From Octopus vulgaris (Eukaryota), in contig OX597821.1 in assembly GCA_951406725.2 (NCBI GenBank), forward strand, positions 15,996,001 to 16,060,000: 64,000 nt of DNA. The letters are read 5' to 3'. The stretch's first letter is position 1. Every line of letters begins with the position of its first letter. Below the pieces are notes generated by a model, which was given only the letters and a program-made list of their open reading frames with translations, was not told the origin of the DNA and ran no database searches. Position numbers and translations under genes: made by a program. This document shows, one piece after another, positions 1-11,354 of the stretch.

Positions 1-159
1 ACAAAACCCAGTCCTTAGAAACGCTAAACACTAAAATAACGTCAAACAGCTGAATAAAAATTCTAAATATGTGCATAAATTTATTTATTTCTGAAAGTCT
101 CATCTTCCTTTCCCTCTTTGTAAATTCAAAGAGCTATAATGATGAAACATTGCAGACAG

Positions 160-600
160 TTCACCTGCATTTCTGCCCCTGTGGAAATCAGGGATTGATT
201 TTCTATCTCCATTCCTCTGCACCTAAGGGCCGCAATTCGTCACTTATTTTCATCTCAAACCTACCCTATACACTTTCACACACACACACCACCTTTCACT
301 TACCCTCATCATCCATACAACTGTGCAGTACCGAACGCATCGCCCACGAACAAACATATACGCTCACACACATCTTCACATACACATGCGCGTTTGTCTC
401 TCTCCCCGCTCGCTCTCCCTCTCCCTGTCTCTCTCCCACTCTCTATTCCTCCAGTTTCGTTTTCTTCTCATCCCTTTCTGTCGAAATACGTAGGCTCGAA
501 ACGTCAAAGACTTTTCGCTTGTTCTCGATAATTTACCTGTTTGTTTTTCCCTCACTCGTCTCTGACTTTCGTTTTCTGTACATTGCCATGCGGGCAACAT
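160..600 (+). mobile_element. Degenerate Penelope-like element 3' end (GIY-YIG C-terminal remnant + pseudo-LTR with hammerhead-like motif)
   Basis: ORF 69..689 contains NQGLIFYLHSSAPKGRNS, resembling the EQxLIFxLxTLxPxGLN C-terminus of PLE GIY-YIG domains. It is followed by a C/T-rich tract and a hammerhead-like motif at 474-509 that recurs at 8282-8319. Confidence 0.55.
474..509 (+). ncRNA. Minimal type I hammerhead-like motif, U6 core variant (degenerate stem II)
   Basis: CTTT-CTGTCGA-A-ATAC-gtag-GCTC-GAAA-CG-TC-AAAG: stem I CTTT/AAAG, palindromic ACGT stem III. Confidence 0.5.
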
Positions 601-689
601 ATATATTCCTCCCTGTGCCTGCCAAATCTCATGTCCCTGCCGTATGGCTTTATTTCCAGACACAGCAGCTTAATTTAATACGTTCTTAG

Positions 690-957
690 TGGAAATACAC
701 CCATTGATAATATACTGATATTTGTATTCGTGTACCATTTCTTCCTTTTTACCGTCCTTGTTTTCGTATACATTCGCTGCTTTCTTTCAAGGATTCTAGT
801 GATTTTAACATAGTTTTTACTTGGGATTGGCCAGATTGGAGCAATCTCGAGTATAACCAGTCGAAATTGCAAAGATAATGTGGAGCTCGACTGAGGAAAG
901 TAAGCTCATAATGACCCGACCTTGTTTTCTTTGTGTCGTCTGTCTGATTTAAATATT

Positions 958-960
<3 letters not shown>
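690..960. repeat. Unclassified interspersed repeat abutting (TA)n; second copy at 41840-42192
   Basis: Shared colinear blocks: tattcgtgta, gtccttgttt, ggccagatt, cgaaattgc, gactgaRga, taatgacccg. Confidence 0.6.
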
Positions 961-1013
<53 letters not shown>

Positions 1014-1019
<6 letters not shown>

Positions 1020-1736
1020 TTAGAGATAAAACCACTATTAGGCAAATCAAACAGTGAAAAACATAAGCCAATAAAATTAATTTAAAAATATAAAAGATAA
1101 AAATAAATAAATATTTAAATAATTTAAACTTAAAAATTTTATATATATATATATATACAAACATATATATATATATGTATGCATGTATATTTTTATATTT
1201 ATATATTATTTTATTAATTAATTAATTTATTTATTTAGTTATTTATTTATTTTTTTAAAATATATCAAAAGTATTAAAAGTTTAATAAAAGATAAAGAGT
1301 AAAACACTACGATTGTACCAATTCAAATAACAATAATTTAAATTCAATTAATAATTCGAGTTATGGTTAACGTTATAATCGATTTTGATATAATCATAAT
1401 TGTTAAGTTTTAAGTTTCTAGTTTGATAATAAAGTTTACTATAAGGAAAATTATTATATTATTTATATCTTTAAAATATTGTTTAAATATTTCTGATTAT
1501 TTAAAAAATATTTCAATTAACCTGAAGATTGACTGTAACCATAACTTGAATTATTAATTGAATTTAAGTTATTCTTATTCGAATTGATACAGCCATGAAA
1601 CAATCGTAGTGTTTTACTCTTTATCTTTTATTAAACTTTTAATAATTTTGATATATTTAAAAAAAATTAATTAATTAATTAATAAATAAAATAATATATA
1701 AATATAAATATATACATACATATGTATATATACTTG

Positions 1737-1767
<31 letters not shown>

Positions 1768-1883
1768 TATAAGTTTAAATTATTTAAATATTTTTTATTT
1801 TTATATTTTAAATAAATTTTATGTATTGGCTTATGTTTTTCACTGTTTAATTTGCCTAATAGTGGTTTTATCTCAAATTTAAT
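1014..1883. mobile_element. Inverted repeat (arms ~1014-1369 / ~1536-1883), probable Penelope-like inverted pLTR remnant
   Basis: gagataaaaccactattaggcaaat and aaaagataaagagtaaaacactacgattg recur as reverse complements in the right arm; flanked by (TA)n; hammerhead motif overlaps the right arm. Confidence 0.65.
1517..1612 (+). ncRNA. Type I hammerhead-like motif with long stem II (stem I weak)
   Basis: CTGAAGA (1522-1528), tgactgta...tacagcca stem II, GAAAC-aatc-GTA (1597-1608). Confidence 0.5.
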
Positions 1884-1956
1884 ATAATATAATATATTTA
1901 TACTATAAAATTGGATTTACTCCCTAATATTATTATTATATATATATATATATATA

Positions 1957-2056
1957 TACTAAGCAATAAAGGGTTTGGCAACGAATTGCCTTACCACATA
2001 CCGAATTTAGAAATAGCAGTCAAAGAGTTATAGCTATTTCTTCTACTAAAAAGGGA
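1957..2056 (+). repeat. Terminal fragment of the hammerhead-bearing element found at 45.7-46.6 kb
   Basis: tactaagcaataaagggtt...gttatagctatttcttctact is the reverse complement of 46519-46609; flanked by (TA)n on both sides. Confidence 0.8.
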
Positions 2057-2060
2057 ATTA

Positions 2061-2113
<53 letters not shown>

Positions 2114-2352
2114 TAATGGTAATTAAATAAGTCTCGATGTTATAGCGATCACCGTGCAATGACTTAGAAATCATATAATCCCTCACGGATAGGAAAGACT
2201 ACTTTTTTCTCTCGGGGTTTTATATGCCCCATCATTAGACTACATTTATTAGTCATTGCACGATGATCGGTATATGCTTTAGGCTAATATATATGACATT
2301 ATTATTTACAGGATTGTAAAACCCGGCACCGTATAAGAGAACCATTCGTACC

Positions 2353-2582
<230 letters not shown>

Positions 2583-2819
2583 GTAACTGTATACACATCT
2601 AGGTATATGCATATAAAGTGTAATATTGTCGCAGCAATTAAACGCTGTTAGTATTTGTCTGAATTTTAATTAAATACGCCATACATATTCGGCGAATTCG
2701 CCAATTACGTACATGCTACAAGGACATATTGTTCATTCAGCCGATCGGTGCATATGAACCTATAAACACACACACACATATATATGTATACATATACTTA
2801 TGTATATACATATACATCT

Positions 2820-2860
<41 letters not shown>

Positions 2861-2877
2861 CATATAATTATGTATAT

Positions 2878-3980
2878 ACGCAAATAACAAGCGGTGTCCC
2901 ACAGGGCACTGTCTTGGGGCCACTGATGTTCATAGTGGCCCTTTCAGACATGCCTTCAGTTGCTACGATGACCACCCTTGCTAGCTATGCAGATGACACA
3001 AAAGTCTCCCACGCAATACAAAACCCTGAAAATATTGCGCATCTGCAACATGAGCTGGACACAATATACAGGTGGGCTGAGGACAACAACATGCAGTTTA
3101 ATGCAGGTAAGTTCCAGGCCCTGCGCTACTGGCACACAAAGGTAAATGACGTGAAGACTGGATACACTGGCCCAGGAAGAATTGCAATCCCTGAGTCAAA
3201 ATCAGTGCGTGACCTGGGCATTTACATGAGCAATGATGCATCTTTCCAAATGCATATTGCTAATCTGGTGATAAAATGCAGACGGCTAGCTGGATGGATT
3301 CTCCGAACTTTCAGAACAAGAGAGAAGGAGACACTGATGGTCCTATGGAAAACATTCTTCCTCAGCCGCTTGGACTACTGCTCCCAACTGTGGTCACCAC
3401 ACAATATAAAACTAACAGCAGAACTCGAAGCAATTCAAAGAAGCTACACAAAGAAGATCGTCTCAATGCAAAATATCAGCTACTGGGAAAGACTGAAAGT
3501 ATTAAACCTCTTCTCCCTAGAGCGAAGGCGAGAGAGATATGCGGTGATATACATTTGGAAAATCTTGGAGGGTCTTGTCCCAAACTTTGGCATTCAAAGT
3601 TACCCAAACCGTAGAACAGGGCGCCACTGCATGGTACCAAAAATTCCAACATCACCATCCAAATACAGGTCCAGATACTGCAACAGCTTGGGTTTCAGAG
3701 GACCACAGCTCTTTAACATCCTCCCTAAATGCCTGAGAGACTTACATGGTGTGGATGTGGGTTTCTTTAAAACTAAACTGGATCTCTTCTTGTTGGGAGT
3801 CCCAGATGAACCTACCTCACGACAGGAGACACGGATGCGGGCAGCAGCATCGAACTCCCTTGTTGATCAAGTGCCACGTATCAGAGGTGGATTCACAGAC
3901 TAGTGTAGCTCATTCAGCGGTGGTGCCCCAGCATGGCCGCGGCCTTCGGGCTAAAACATTTTTAAGGATTTAAGGATTTA
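2878..3980 (+). mobile_element. LINE copy A (CR1-group non-LTR retrotransposon), 5'-truncated; open ORF2 C-terminal half + 3' UTR + (TTTAAGGA)n tail
   Basis: RT motifs [37 protein letters not shown]; stop at 3901-3903; 3' double hairpin and short tandem tail. Confidence 0.93.
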
Positions 3981-4018
3981 TACATATACATCTACATATA
4001 TATATATATATATATATA

Positions 4019-4358
4019 TAGTGTAGCTCATTCAGCAGTGGTGCCCCAACATGGCTGCGGCCTAAAACATTTTTAAGGATTTAAGGATTTATATATGTGT
4101 AGATGTATATACATAAGTATATTTATATATATATATACATATATATGTAGATGTATATGTATATACATAATTATATGTATATATATATATATATATATAC
4201 ATATAATTATGTATATACATATACATCTACATATATATGTATATATATATATAAATATACTTATGTATATACATCTACACATATATAAATCCTTAAATCC
4301 TTAAAAATGTTTTAGGCCGCAGCCATGTTGGGGCACCACCGCTGAATGAGCTACACTA
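4019..4358. repeat. 340-bp near-perfect palindrome (LINE 3' tail + TA-derived satellite, mirrored about 4188/4189)
   Basis: ORF-track entries 4073..4282(-) and 4095..4304(+) give identical peptides; I see one mismatch between arms (cagcAgtgg vs cagcGgtgg). Confidence 0.92.
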
Positions 4359-6876
4359 GTTTGTGAATCCACCTCTGATACGTGGCACTTGATCAACAAG
4401 GGAGTTCGATGCTGCTGCCCGCATCCGTGTCTCCTGTCGTGAGGTAGGTTCATCTGGGACTCCCAACAAGAAGAGATCCAGTTTAGTTTTAAAGAAACCC
4501 ACATCCACACCATGTAAGTCTCTCAGGCATTTAGGGAGGATGTTAAAGAGCTGTGGTCCTCTGAAACCCAAGCTGTTGCAGTATCTGGACCTGTATTTTG
4601 ATGGTGATGTTGGAATCCTTGGCACCACGCAGCGGCGCCTCGTTCTGCGGTTGGAGTAACTTTGAATGCCAAAGTTTGGGACAAGACCTTCCAGGATTTT
4701 CCAGATGTATATCACTGCATATCTCTCCCCTCCGCTCTAGGGAGAAGAGGTTTAATACCTTCAGTCTTTCCCAGTAGATGACATTTTGCATTGAGACGAT
4801 TTTCTTTGTGTAGCTTCTCTGAGTTGCTTCGAGTTCTGCTGTTTGTTTTATATTGTGTGGTGACCAAAGTTGGGAGCAGTAGTCCAAGCGGCTGAGGACA
4901 AATGTTTTCCATAGGACCATCAGTGCCTCCTTCTCTCTTGTTCTGAAAGTTCGGAGAATCCATCCAGCTAGCCGTCTGCATTTTATCACCAGATTAGCAA
5001 TATGCATTTGGAAAGATGCATCATTGCTCATGTAAATGCCCAGGTCACGCACTGATTTTGACTCAGGGATTGCAATTCTTCCTGGGCCAGTGTATCCAGT
5101 CTTCACGTCATTTACCTTTGTGTGCCAGTAGCGCAGGGCCTGGAACTTACCTGCATTAAACTGCATGTTGCTGTCCTCAGCCCACCTGTATATTGTGTCC
5201 AGCTCATGTTGCAGATGCGCAATATTTTCAGGGTTTTGTATTGCGTGGGAGACTTTTGTGTCATCTGCATAGCTAGCAAGGGTGGTCATCGTAGCAACTG
5301 AAGGCATGTCTGAAAGGGCCACTATGAACATCAGTGGCCCCAAGACAGTGCCCTGTGGGACACCGCTTGTTATTTGCGTTTCCCTGGAGGTGGCTCCATT
5401 GCTCACAACTGCCTGTTTTCTGTCTTTTAGGAAGTTGTGCAGCCACTCTCCAAGTTTCCCGCCTATGCCGAGACCACGCAGTTTGTGACAGATCATACCA
5501 TGGTCGACTTTATCAAAGGCTTTTGCAAAGTCAAGATATATTACATCCACATTTGAGCCATTTAGTAGCTGTTTCAACACCCAGTCATAGTGTTGCAGGA
5601 GCTGTGTTAGGCAGCCTCTACCTGGTCGAAATCCATGCTGGGTGTCAGACAGTAAGTCATTTTCTTCAAGGAACATGATTAGTTTCTTACGGACTATTCG
5701 TTCCATGACTTTGCTGATGTGTGAGGTGAGAGAGATAGGCCTATAATTTTTAGCATCTGCTCTGCTACCTCCCTTACGGATAGGGCATATTACCCCCTCT
5801 TTCAGTTTGACTGGGAGCTTACCACTTGCAAGAAAGCTCTGAAAAAGAAGCTGTAGCGGTTTTGCCAGGGCTCGTTTGCACGATTTGAGAAGGATCGCTG
5901 GGAATCCATCAGGTCCAGCAGCTGAGTTTGTGTCAATCTCATCAATGGCTAGTGTGATATCATCTTCTTCGATGTTGATGTACTCAATTTTTGTCTCTTT
6001 GGCCGCTGGTAAAGTGGCAAAGAATTCTTCTGGGTTGTTTACTTGCCTGTGTCCTAGAGGTGTAGTGAACACACTTTGGAACTGTTCGTTCAGTATTTCA
6101 CTTATCCTCGTGGGATTTCATGTGAGAGAGCCATCTTTTTGGAAGAGAGGTCCTATTCTCTGATGCACTGTGGCTGTCTCTTTGGCAAACTTAAAGAAAG
6201 CTTTAGGGTTTGATTTTATATTTTCTATTACCCAAGCTTCTTTATCTGCTCTCTCCTTTCCATGGGACTGATGTAGACTTTTCTCAGTTTCCATTAGCAT
6301 TCTTTCGAGCCGAGACTTCTCACCACTTTTGGTGTGCTTGCTCAGGCGGTTTGCAATTCTTGTCCGTCGTCTCATAAGAATCCTCCTTTCTCTAGGGATC
6401 CTGTTTTTGTTCTTGTGTGTGCTGGCCCTGCACATTGGGACATATTTGTCACATATGGCTTGTATTATGGACATGAAGTGTTTGTGTTTAATGCTTATGT
6501 CCGGTGTGGAGAGACATTCAGGCCAATCCTGTTTGAGGATCTCTTTCTCAATCGACTTCCAGTTGGCTTTATGAAAGTTTAAGTTGGAGAGATGGTGGGT
6601 GCTTCGTATAGGCTATGTGTCTGCGGGGGCTTTTGTTCCATACATAGACAGCTCTATTATGTTGTGATCCGAGATCATTGTCGGCATCACATTAACATTA
6701 TGGATAATATCCATATTGTTTGTGAAGCAGAGATCCAGTATATTATCTGCCCTTGTTGGTTGCAGAACTATTTGCTCCATGAAAGAGGCATTTGTAAGAT
6801 GAAGCAGGGAATCCACCTGTGCCTGATGATGGTGTGTCATCCCTGGGAGCATCTGCCCCCCAGGCCATTCCACATT
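4286..6876 (-). mobile_element. LINE copy B (same subfamily as A), 5'-truncated inside the APE endonuclease; ORF2 pseudogene
   Basis: [16 protein letters not shown] (APE C-terminus), NFHKANW linker, AAGPDG, NYRPISLTS, QHGFR, LDFAKAFDKVDH, PQGTVLGP, YADD. ORFs 6613..6912, 6118..6474 and 4543..6072 are one frame broken by stops at 6613-6615 and 6118-6120; 2-nt deletion frameshift near 4725. Confidence 0.95.
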
Positions 6877-6913
6877 ATATATACATATATACATATACTT
6901 ATGTATATACATC

Positions 6914-6960
<47 letters not shown>

Positions 6961-7626
6961 CATATACTTATATATATATATATATACATATACTTATGTA
7001 TATACATATACATCTACATATATATATATATATACATATACTTATGTATATACATATACATCTACATATATATATATATACATATACTTATGTATATACA
7101 TATACATCTACATATATATATATATACATATACTTATGTATATACATATACATCTACATATATATATATATACATATACTTATATATATATATACATATA
7201 CTTATGTATATACATATACATCTACATATATATATACATATACATCTACATATATATATATACATATACTTATGTATATACATATACATCTACATATATA
7301 TATATACATACACTTATGTATATACATATACAACTACATATATATATATACATATACATCTACATATATATATATACATATACATCTACATATATATATA
7401 TACATATACATCTACATATATATATATACATATACATCTACATATATATATATACATATACATCTACATATATATATATATATATATACATATACTTATG
7501 TATATACATATGCATCTACATATATATATATACATACACTTATGTATATACATATACAACTACATATATATATATACTTATAATTATGTATATACATATA
7601 CATCTACATATATATACATATACATA
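6877..7626. repeat. TA-derived higher-order minisatellite (unit ~CATATACTTATGTATATACATATACATCTACA(TA)n)
   Basis: Recurrent cttatg and catctaca landmarks; the same unit occurs at 2790-2878, 3980-4018 and 4090-4285. Confidence 0.9.
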
Positions 7627-7627
7627 C

Positions 7628-7995
7628 TCTCTCCCCCTCCTCATCTAACCCCCTCTCCCCTCCTCATCTAACCCCCATCTCCCCCCTCCTCATCTAACCC
7701 CCCCGACCCATACTTCTCTTCAGTCTTTCATCCTCTCACCCCTGCTCCTCTTCCCTTCTTCCCTCTTTCTCCCTCCCTCCTTCTTCCCTCTTCCCTTTCC
7801 CTCTGCTCCCTCACTCCCCTTCACTCTCTCTCTCCCTCCCCCCTCATCTCCCCCTCTCCCCTCCTCTCCTTCCTTCTCCCCTTCTCTCCCCTCCTCTTCT
7901 CCTCGTCTGCCTTCTCCCCCCTCTTCTACCCTCTTCTCCCCTTTCTTCCCCCCTCTCCACCCTTACCTCCCCCTCTTCCCTCATCTCCTCTCTCT
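7628..7995. repeat. Polypyrimidine low-complexity tract with 3x CCTCATCTAACCCC
   Basis: Direct inspection; G-run-rich on the minus strand. Confidence 0.85.
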
Positions 7996-8109
7996 ACACT
8001 ACACCATACGACTTTACACATCACATCATATATACATACACACGTCCAGACCTGTCATACACACTTTCTCATACACACACACACACACACTCTTCTCATA
8101 CACACACAC

Positions 8110-8452
8110 ACACACTCTTATGTTGGAGCGAGGTCATTTAACCCTATTATCTCCCCTAATTTCGCTCTTGCGTCTCACGTTTGATCTTTGACTTCTGGCC
8201 GAAATCAGATCGCCATGTTGATTCGCTAGCCTCTGCACGCATTTTTTTTCTCTCCTTCTTTCTGTGTTTCTTCTCTGTGTATCTTTCTGTTGAAGAGCGT
8301 AGGTTCGAAACGCTAAAGACTTGTTTTATTTATATTTCCTGAGCGCCATACTAATACAATTGCTTGTTTGTATTCCACCTGCCTTCGTCTTTTGTTTATT
8401 TCCGTAAACCTGCCTTCGTCTTTTGTCTATTTTCATAAAGCTTCCCGTTATA
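8110..8452 (+). mobile_element. Penelope-like pLTR fragment with hammerhead-like motif (8282-8319)
   Basis: TCTTT-CTGTTGA-A-GAGC-gtag-GTTC-GAAA-CG-CT-AAAGA; homologous to 474-540; internal duplication of cctgccttcgtcttttgt; ends at (TA)n. Confidence 0.55.
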
Positions 8453-8859
8453 TATACATATAATGGAACACTAGCATACACCACGACATATGACGGTAGA
8501 GGATCCCAATAACCTAGTTACAATATAAACAAAACTGAAAACATAATAAATAAAATACACAGATAAATAAACAAATAAAAATAAATAAATATATAAGTTT
8601 TTTTGTTTAATTTAAAAGTTTTTTTATTTATTCATTATTATTATTATTATTATTACTAGTATTGTTATACATACATACATACATACAAGCATACGTAATA
8701 ATAATAAAAAGTGGATGTAAACACCTGAACACAATAATAAGCAAAAGCAACAACAACAAAAACAAATTACATGAACGTATATAAACAGAAGATACAAATA
8801 TTACAGGCACCCCCACACACACTAAATAAACAAAGACGCACATAAAGATACAAGCATGC

Positions 8860-8875
8860 GCAAATGCTTATATAT

Positions 8876-8910
<35 letters not shown>

Positions 8911-8942
8911 AACATATATACACATAAATATGTATATATACC

Positions 8943-8987
<45 letters not shown>

Positions 8988-9203
8988 ATATATACACATA
9001 AACATGTATATATACATATGTATATATATATATATACACATATACTTATATATATATACTTATACACACACATATATACGTATATATCTATATATACACA
9101 TACGTGTATATAAATATATATTATAAATACATACATATCATATATATACATATATATGTATGTATATACATTTATACGTATACATGTGTATATATATATA
9201 TAT
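8860..9203. repeat. (TA)n-rich compound microsatellite
   Basis: Direct inspection. Confidence 0.9.
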
Positions 9204-9699
9204 GTTTGAGTTGCAATAAACGTTATTTCTCTAAAATATCTCTTGAAATTTTATTCATAATCAATGTCGGACGCATACAGACCACGCAAGCAAAATCTAC
9301 GCATTTTAAATTATGAATATATATGCATTAACTTATAATATAATCACATAGCCTGGGCCACCTGATTGGAATGATTTTTTACATCACTACAAAACATATA
9401 GGTTAATTGAAATTGACAATATGACAGTTTCGTTCTCTACAAGATTAATCATCAAAATAACCTACTTTTATATTCAGCGAACTTGTATCAGAGGAGAGAG
9501 AGAGTGGGGAGGGGTAGTGAGGAGGAGAGAGAGATGAGGAGAGAAGCATAGATACGTGCGTGCGTGTGTGTACGAATTGTGTGTGTGTCTTTGTTTCTCT
9601 GTTCTCATTACCACAACTTGACAACGGTGTTATTTTACTTTACACTTTTTAAGATATCGGCAAAAAGGACTAATAGAATATACACACTCTGGTTTTACG

Positions 9700-10565
9700 G
9701 GCGCAGGCGTGGCTGTGTGGTTAGAAACTTGCTCTTCAAGCTCATGGTTCCAGTCGTGTCTCATTGCATGGTACCTTGGGCAAGTATTTTCTATTATAGA
9801 TTCGGGTGGACCAACCTTGTCGGTAGATTTGCTTAACAGAAGCTAAAAGAACTAAAAGCGGCGAACTGGCAGAAACGTTAGCACGCCGGGCGAAATGCGT
9901 AGCCGTATTTCGTCTGCCGTTACGTTCTGAGTTCAAATTCTGCCGAGGTCAATTTGCTTTTCATCCTTTCGGAGCCGATAAATTAAGTACCAGTTATGCA
10001 CTGGGGTCGATGTAATTGATTTAAACCGTTTGTATATCCTTGTTTGTCCTCTCTGTGTATAGCCCCTTGAGGGTAGTAAAGAAATAGGTATTAGGTATTT
10101 TGTCTGCCGATATGTTCTGAACTGAAATTCCACTGAGGTCGACTTTGCCTTTCATCCTTCGGGGTCGATAAATTAAGAACCAGTTATGCACTGGAGTCGA
10201 TGTAATCGACTCAATCCCTTTGTCTGTCCTTGTTTGTCCACTCTGTATGTAGCCCCTTGTGGGCAATACAGAAATAGGAAACTAAAAGAAGCTCGTCGAA
10301 TATATATGTGTGTGTATGTGTGCATGTGTGTGCGCGCTTGCGTGAGTGTCTATCTACGTTTATGTGTCTTTATGTCTGTGCTTACGCACTACCACCACCG
10401 CTAGATGACAGTGTTGGTGTGGTTGCATCCCAGTAACATAGCGGTTCGGTCAAATAAATCCAATAACATATGTACTAGGTCGATTCATTCGACAGAAATC
10501 TCAAGGCGGTACCCCAGCATGGCCGCAAACTAATGACTGAAACAAGTAAAATGATAAATGATAAG
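9700..10565 (+). mobile_element. tRNA-derived SINE (family 1, CORE-like centre), interrupted by a nested SINE
   Basis: Head ggcgcaggcgtggctgtgtgg, ccttgggcaagt; resumes after 10278; tail ggcggtaccccagcatggccgc...gactgaaacaagtaaaa. Confidence 0.8.
9858..10278 (+). mobile_element. SINE family 2 (Nin/Deu-domain-like centre) with tandemly duplicated 3' part, nested in a family 1 SINE
   Basis: gcggcgaactggcagaaacgttagc head; gagttcaaattc B-box; gcctttcatccttcggggtcgataaattaag core present twice. Confidence 0.8.
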
Positions 10566-11354
10566 AGAACTATGATCGATTTGTTCCACTGAACCCTTCA
10601 ACCTTCTGGTACAGTATGGCTACATTCCAATAAGTTAAACGAGTAAAAGTTAAAAGAAAGAGCTTTTTTTCGCCGCTCACAGAATTGCTAATTTTTAAAA
10701 ATTTAAAGTTGAAACTGATAGAAGTAAACAAACGGACATGGTGCGAAAGTGATTTTGTGTATTATAACAAAAAGGCCCAGGGACCAAATAATGGGCTAGA
10801 GTTAAGTCATCGTTTCAAATGTTGTACAATAACGTATTAATGGTTCTAACGGGAATCTCACAAAAACTAACTTTTAGTTATAATTAAAAGTTAAGTACAG
10901 ACACTAAATATTGTTCATCATCTACGTCTTCCTGTAAATGTGACGCTGTTCAAATTCCCTTCAGTTTCTACTTAGACAACCGATCAGAGTCTGTTCACGA
11001 TAAATTGTATTTTTTCTTGAGTTCTTGCCATTCAACGACGCCTTGTTTAACTTGGTTTACATATTTTGGATGCCTTTAAGACAACTCAATGCAAAATATG
11101 GAACTTAACGTCTACATCTTTCCTACAACTTGCCCATCAAATTTTGTAGTCGTGTATCAGATTTATCAATCTTAGGTTTCTGACACGGTTTTCAAACACC
11201 ATGGCTCTGCATCTTTTCTCTGAGCTAACGTACGAAGAAATCGAAGTACGTTTTATTTACAGGTTTTGTTGCCAGTAACACAAAGAATATTTATGGGAGG
11301 CACAAAAATTAGATTTTTGTGATGCAAATTGCCCCTTCAAGAAGCTGGAGGTAA

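Noticed and set aside
2147-2268. 18-bp inverted repeat gatcaccgtgcaatgact / agtcattgcacgatgatc
   Set aside because: Real but short; no ribozyme core, TIR/TSD or second copy found, so left unclassified.
2800-3903. 367-aa ORF as a functional fusion protein starting in the satellite
   Set aside because: The ATG comes from TATG in the satellite; the coding part is a 5'-truncated RT lacking N-terminal motifs. The same applies to 49716..50294.
6877-7626. CRISPR-like or telomerase-added array
   Set aside because: No unique spacers and no fixed unit; units are slippage variants of a TA-rich sequence in a eukaryotic context.
11263-11350. Candidate 88-nt exon (tttatttacAG...GAG|GTAAAA)
   Set aside because: Stops in all three frames and a weak donor.
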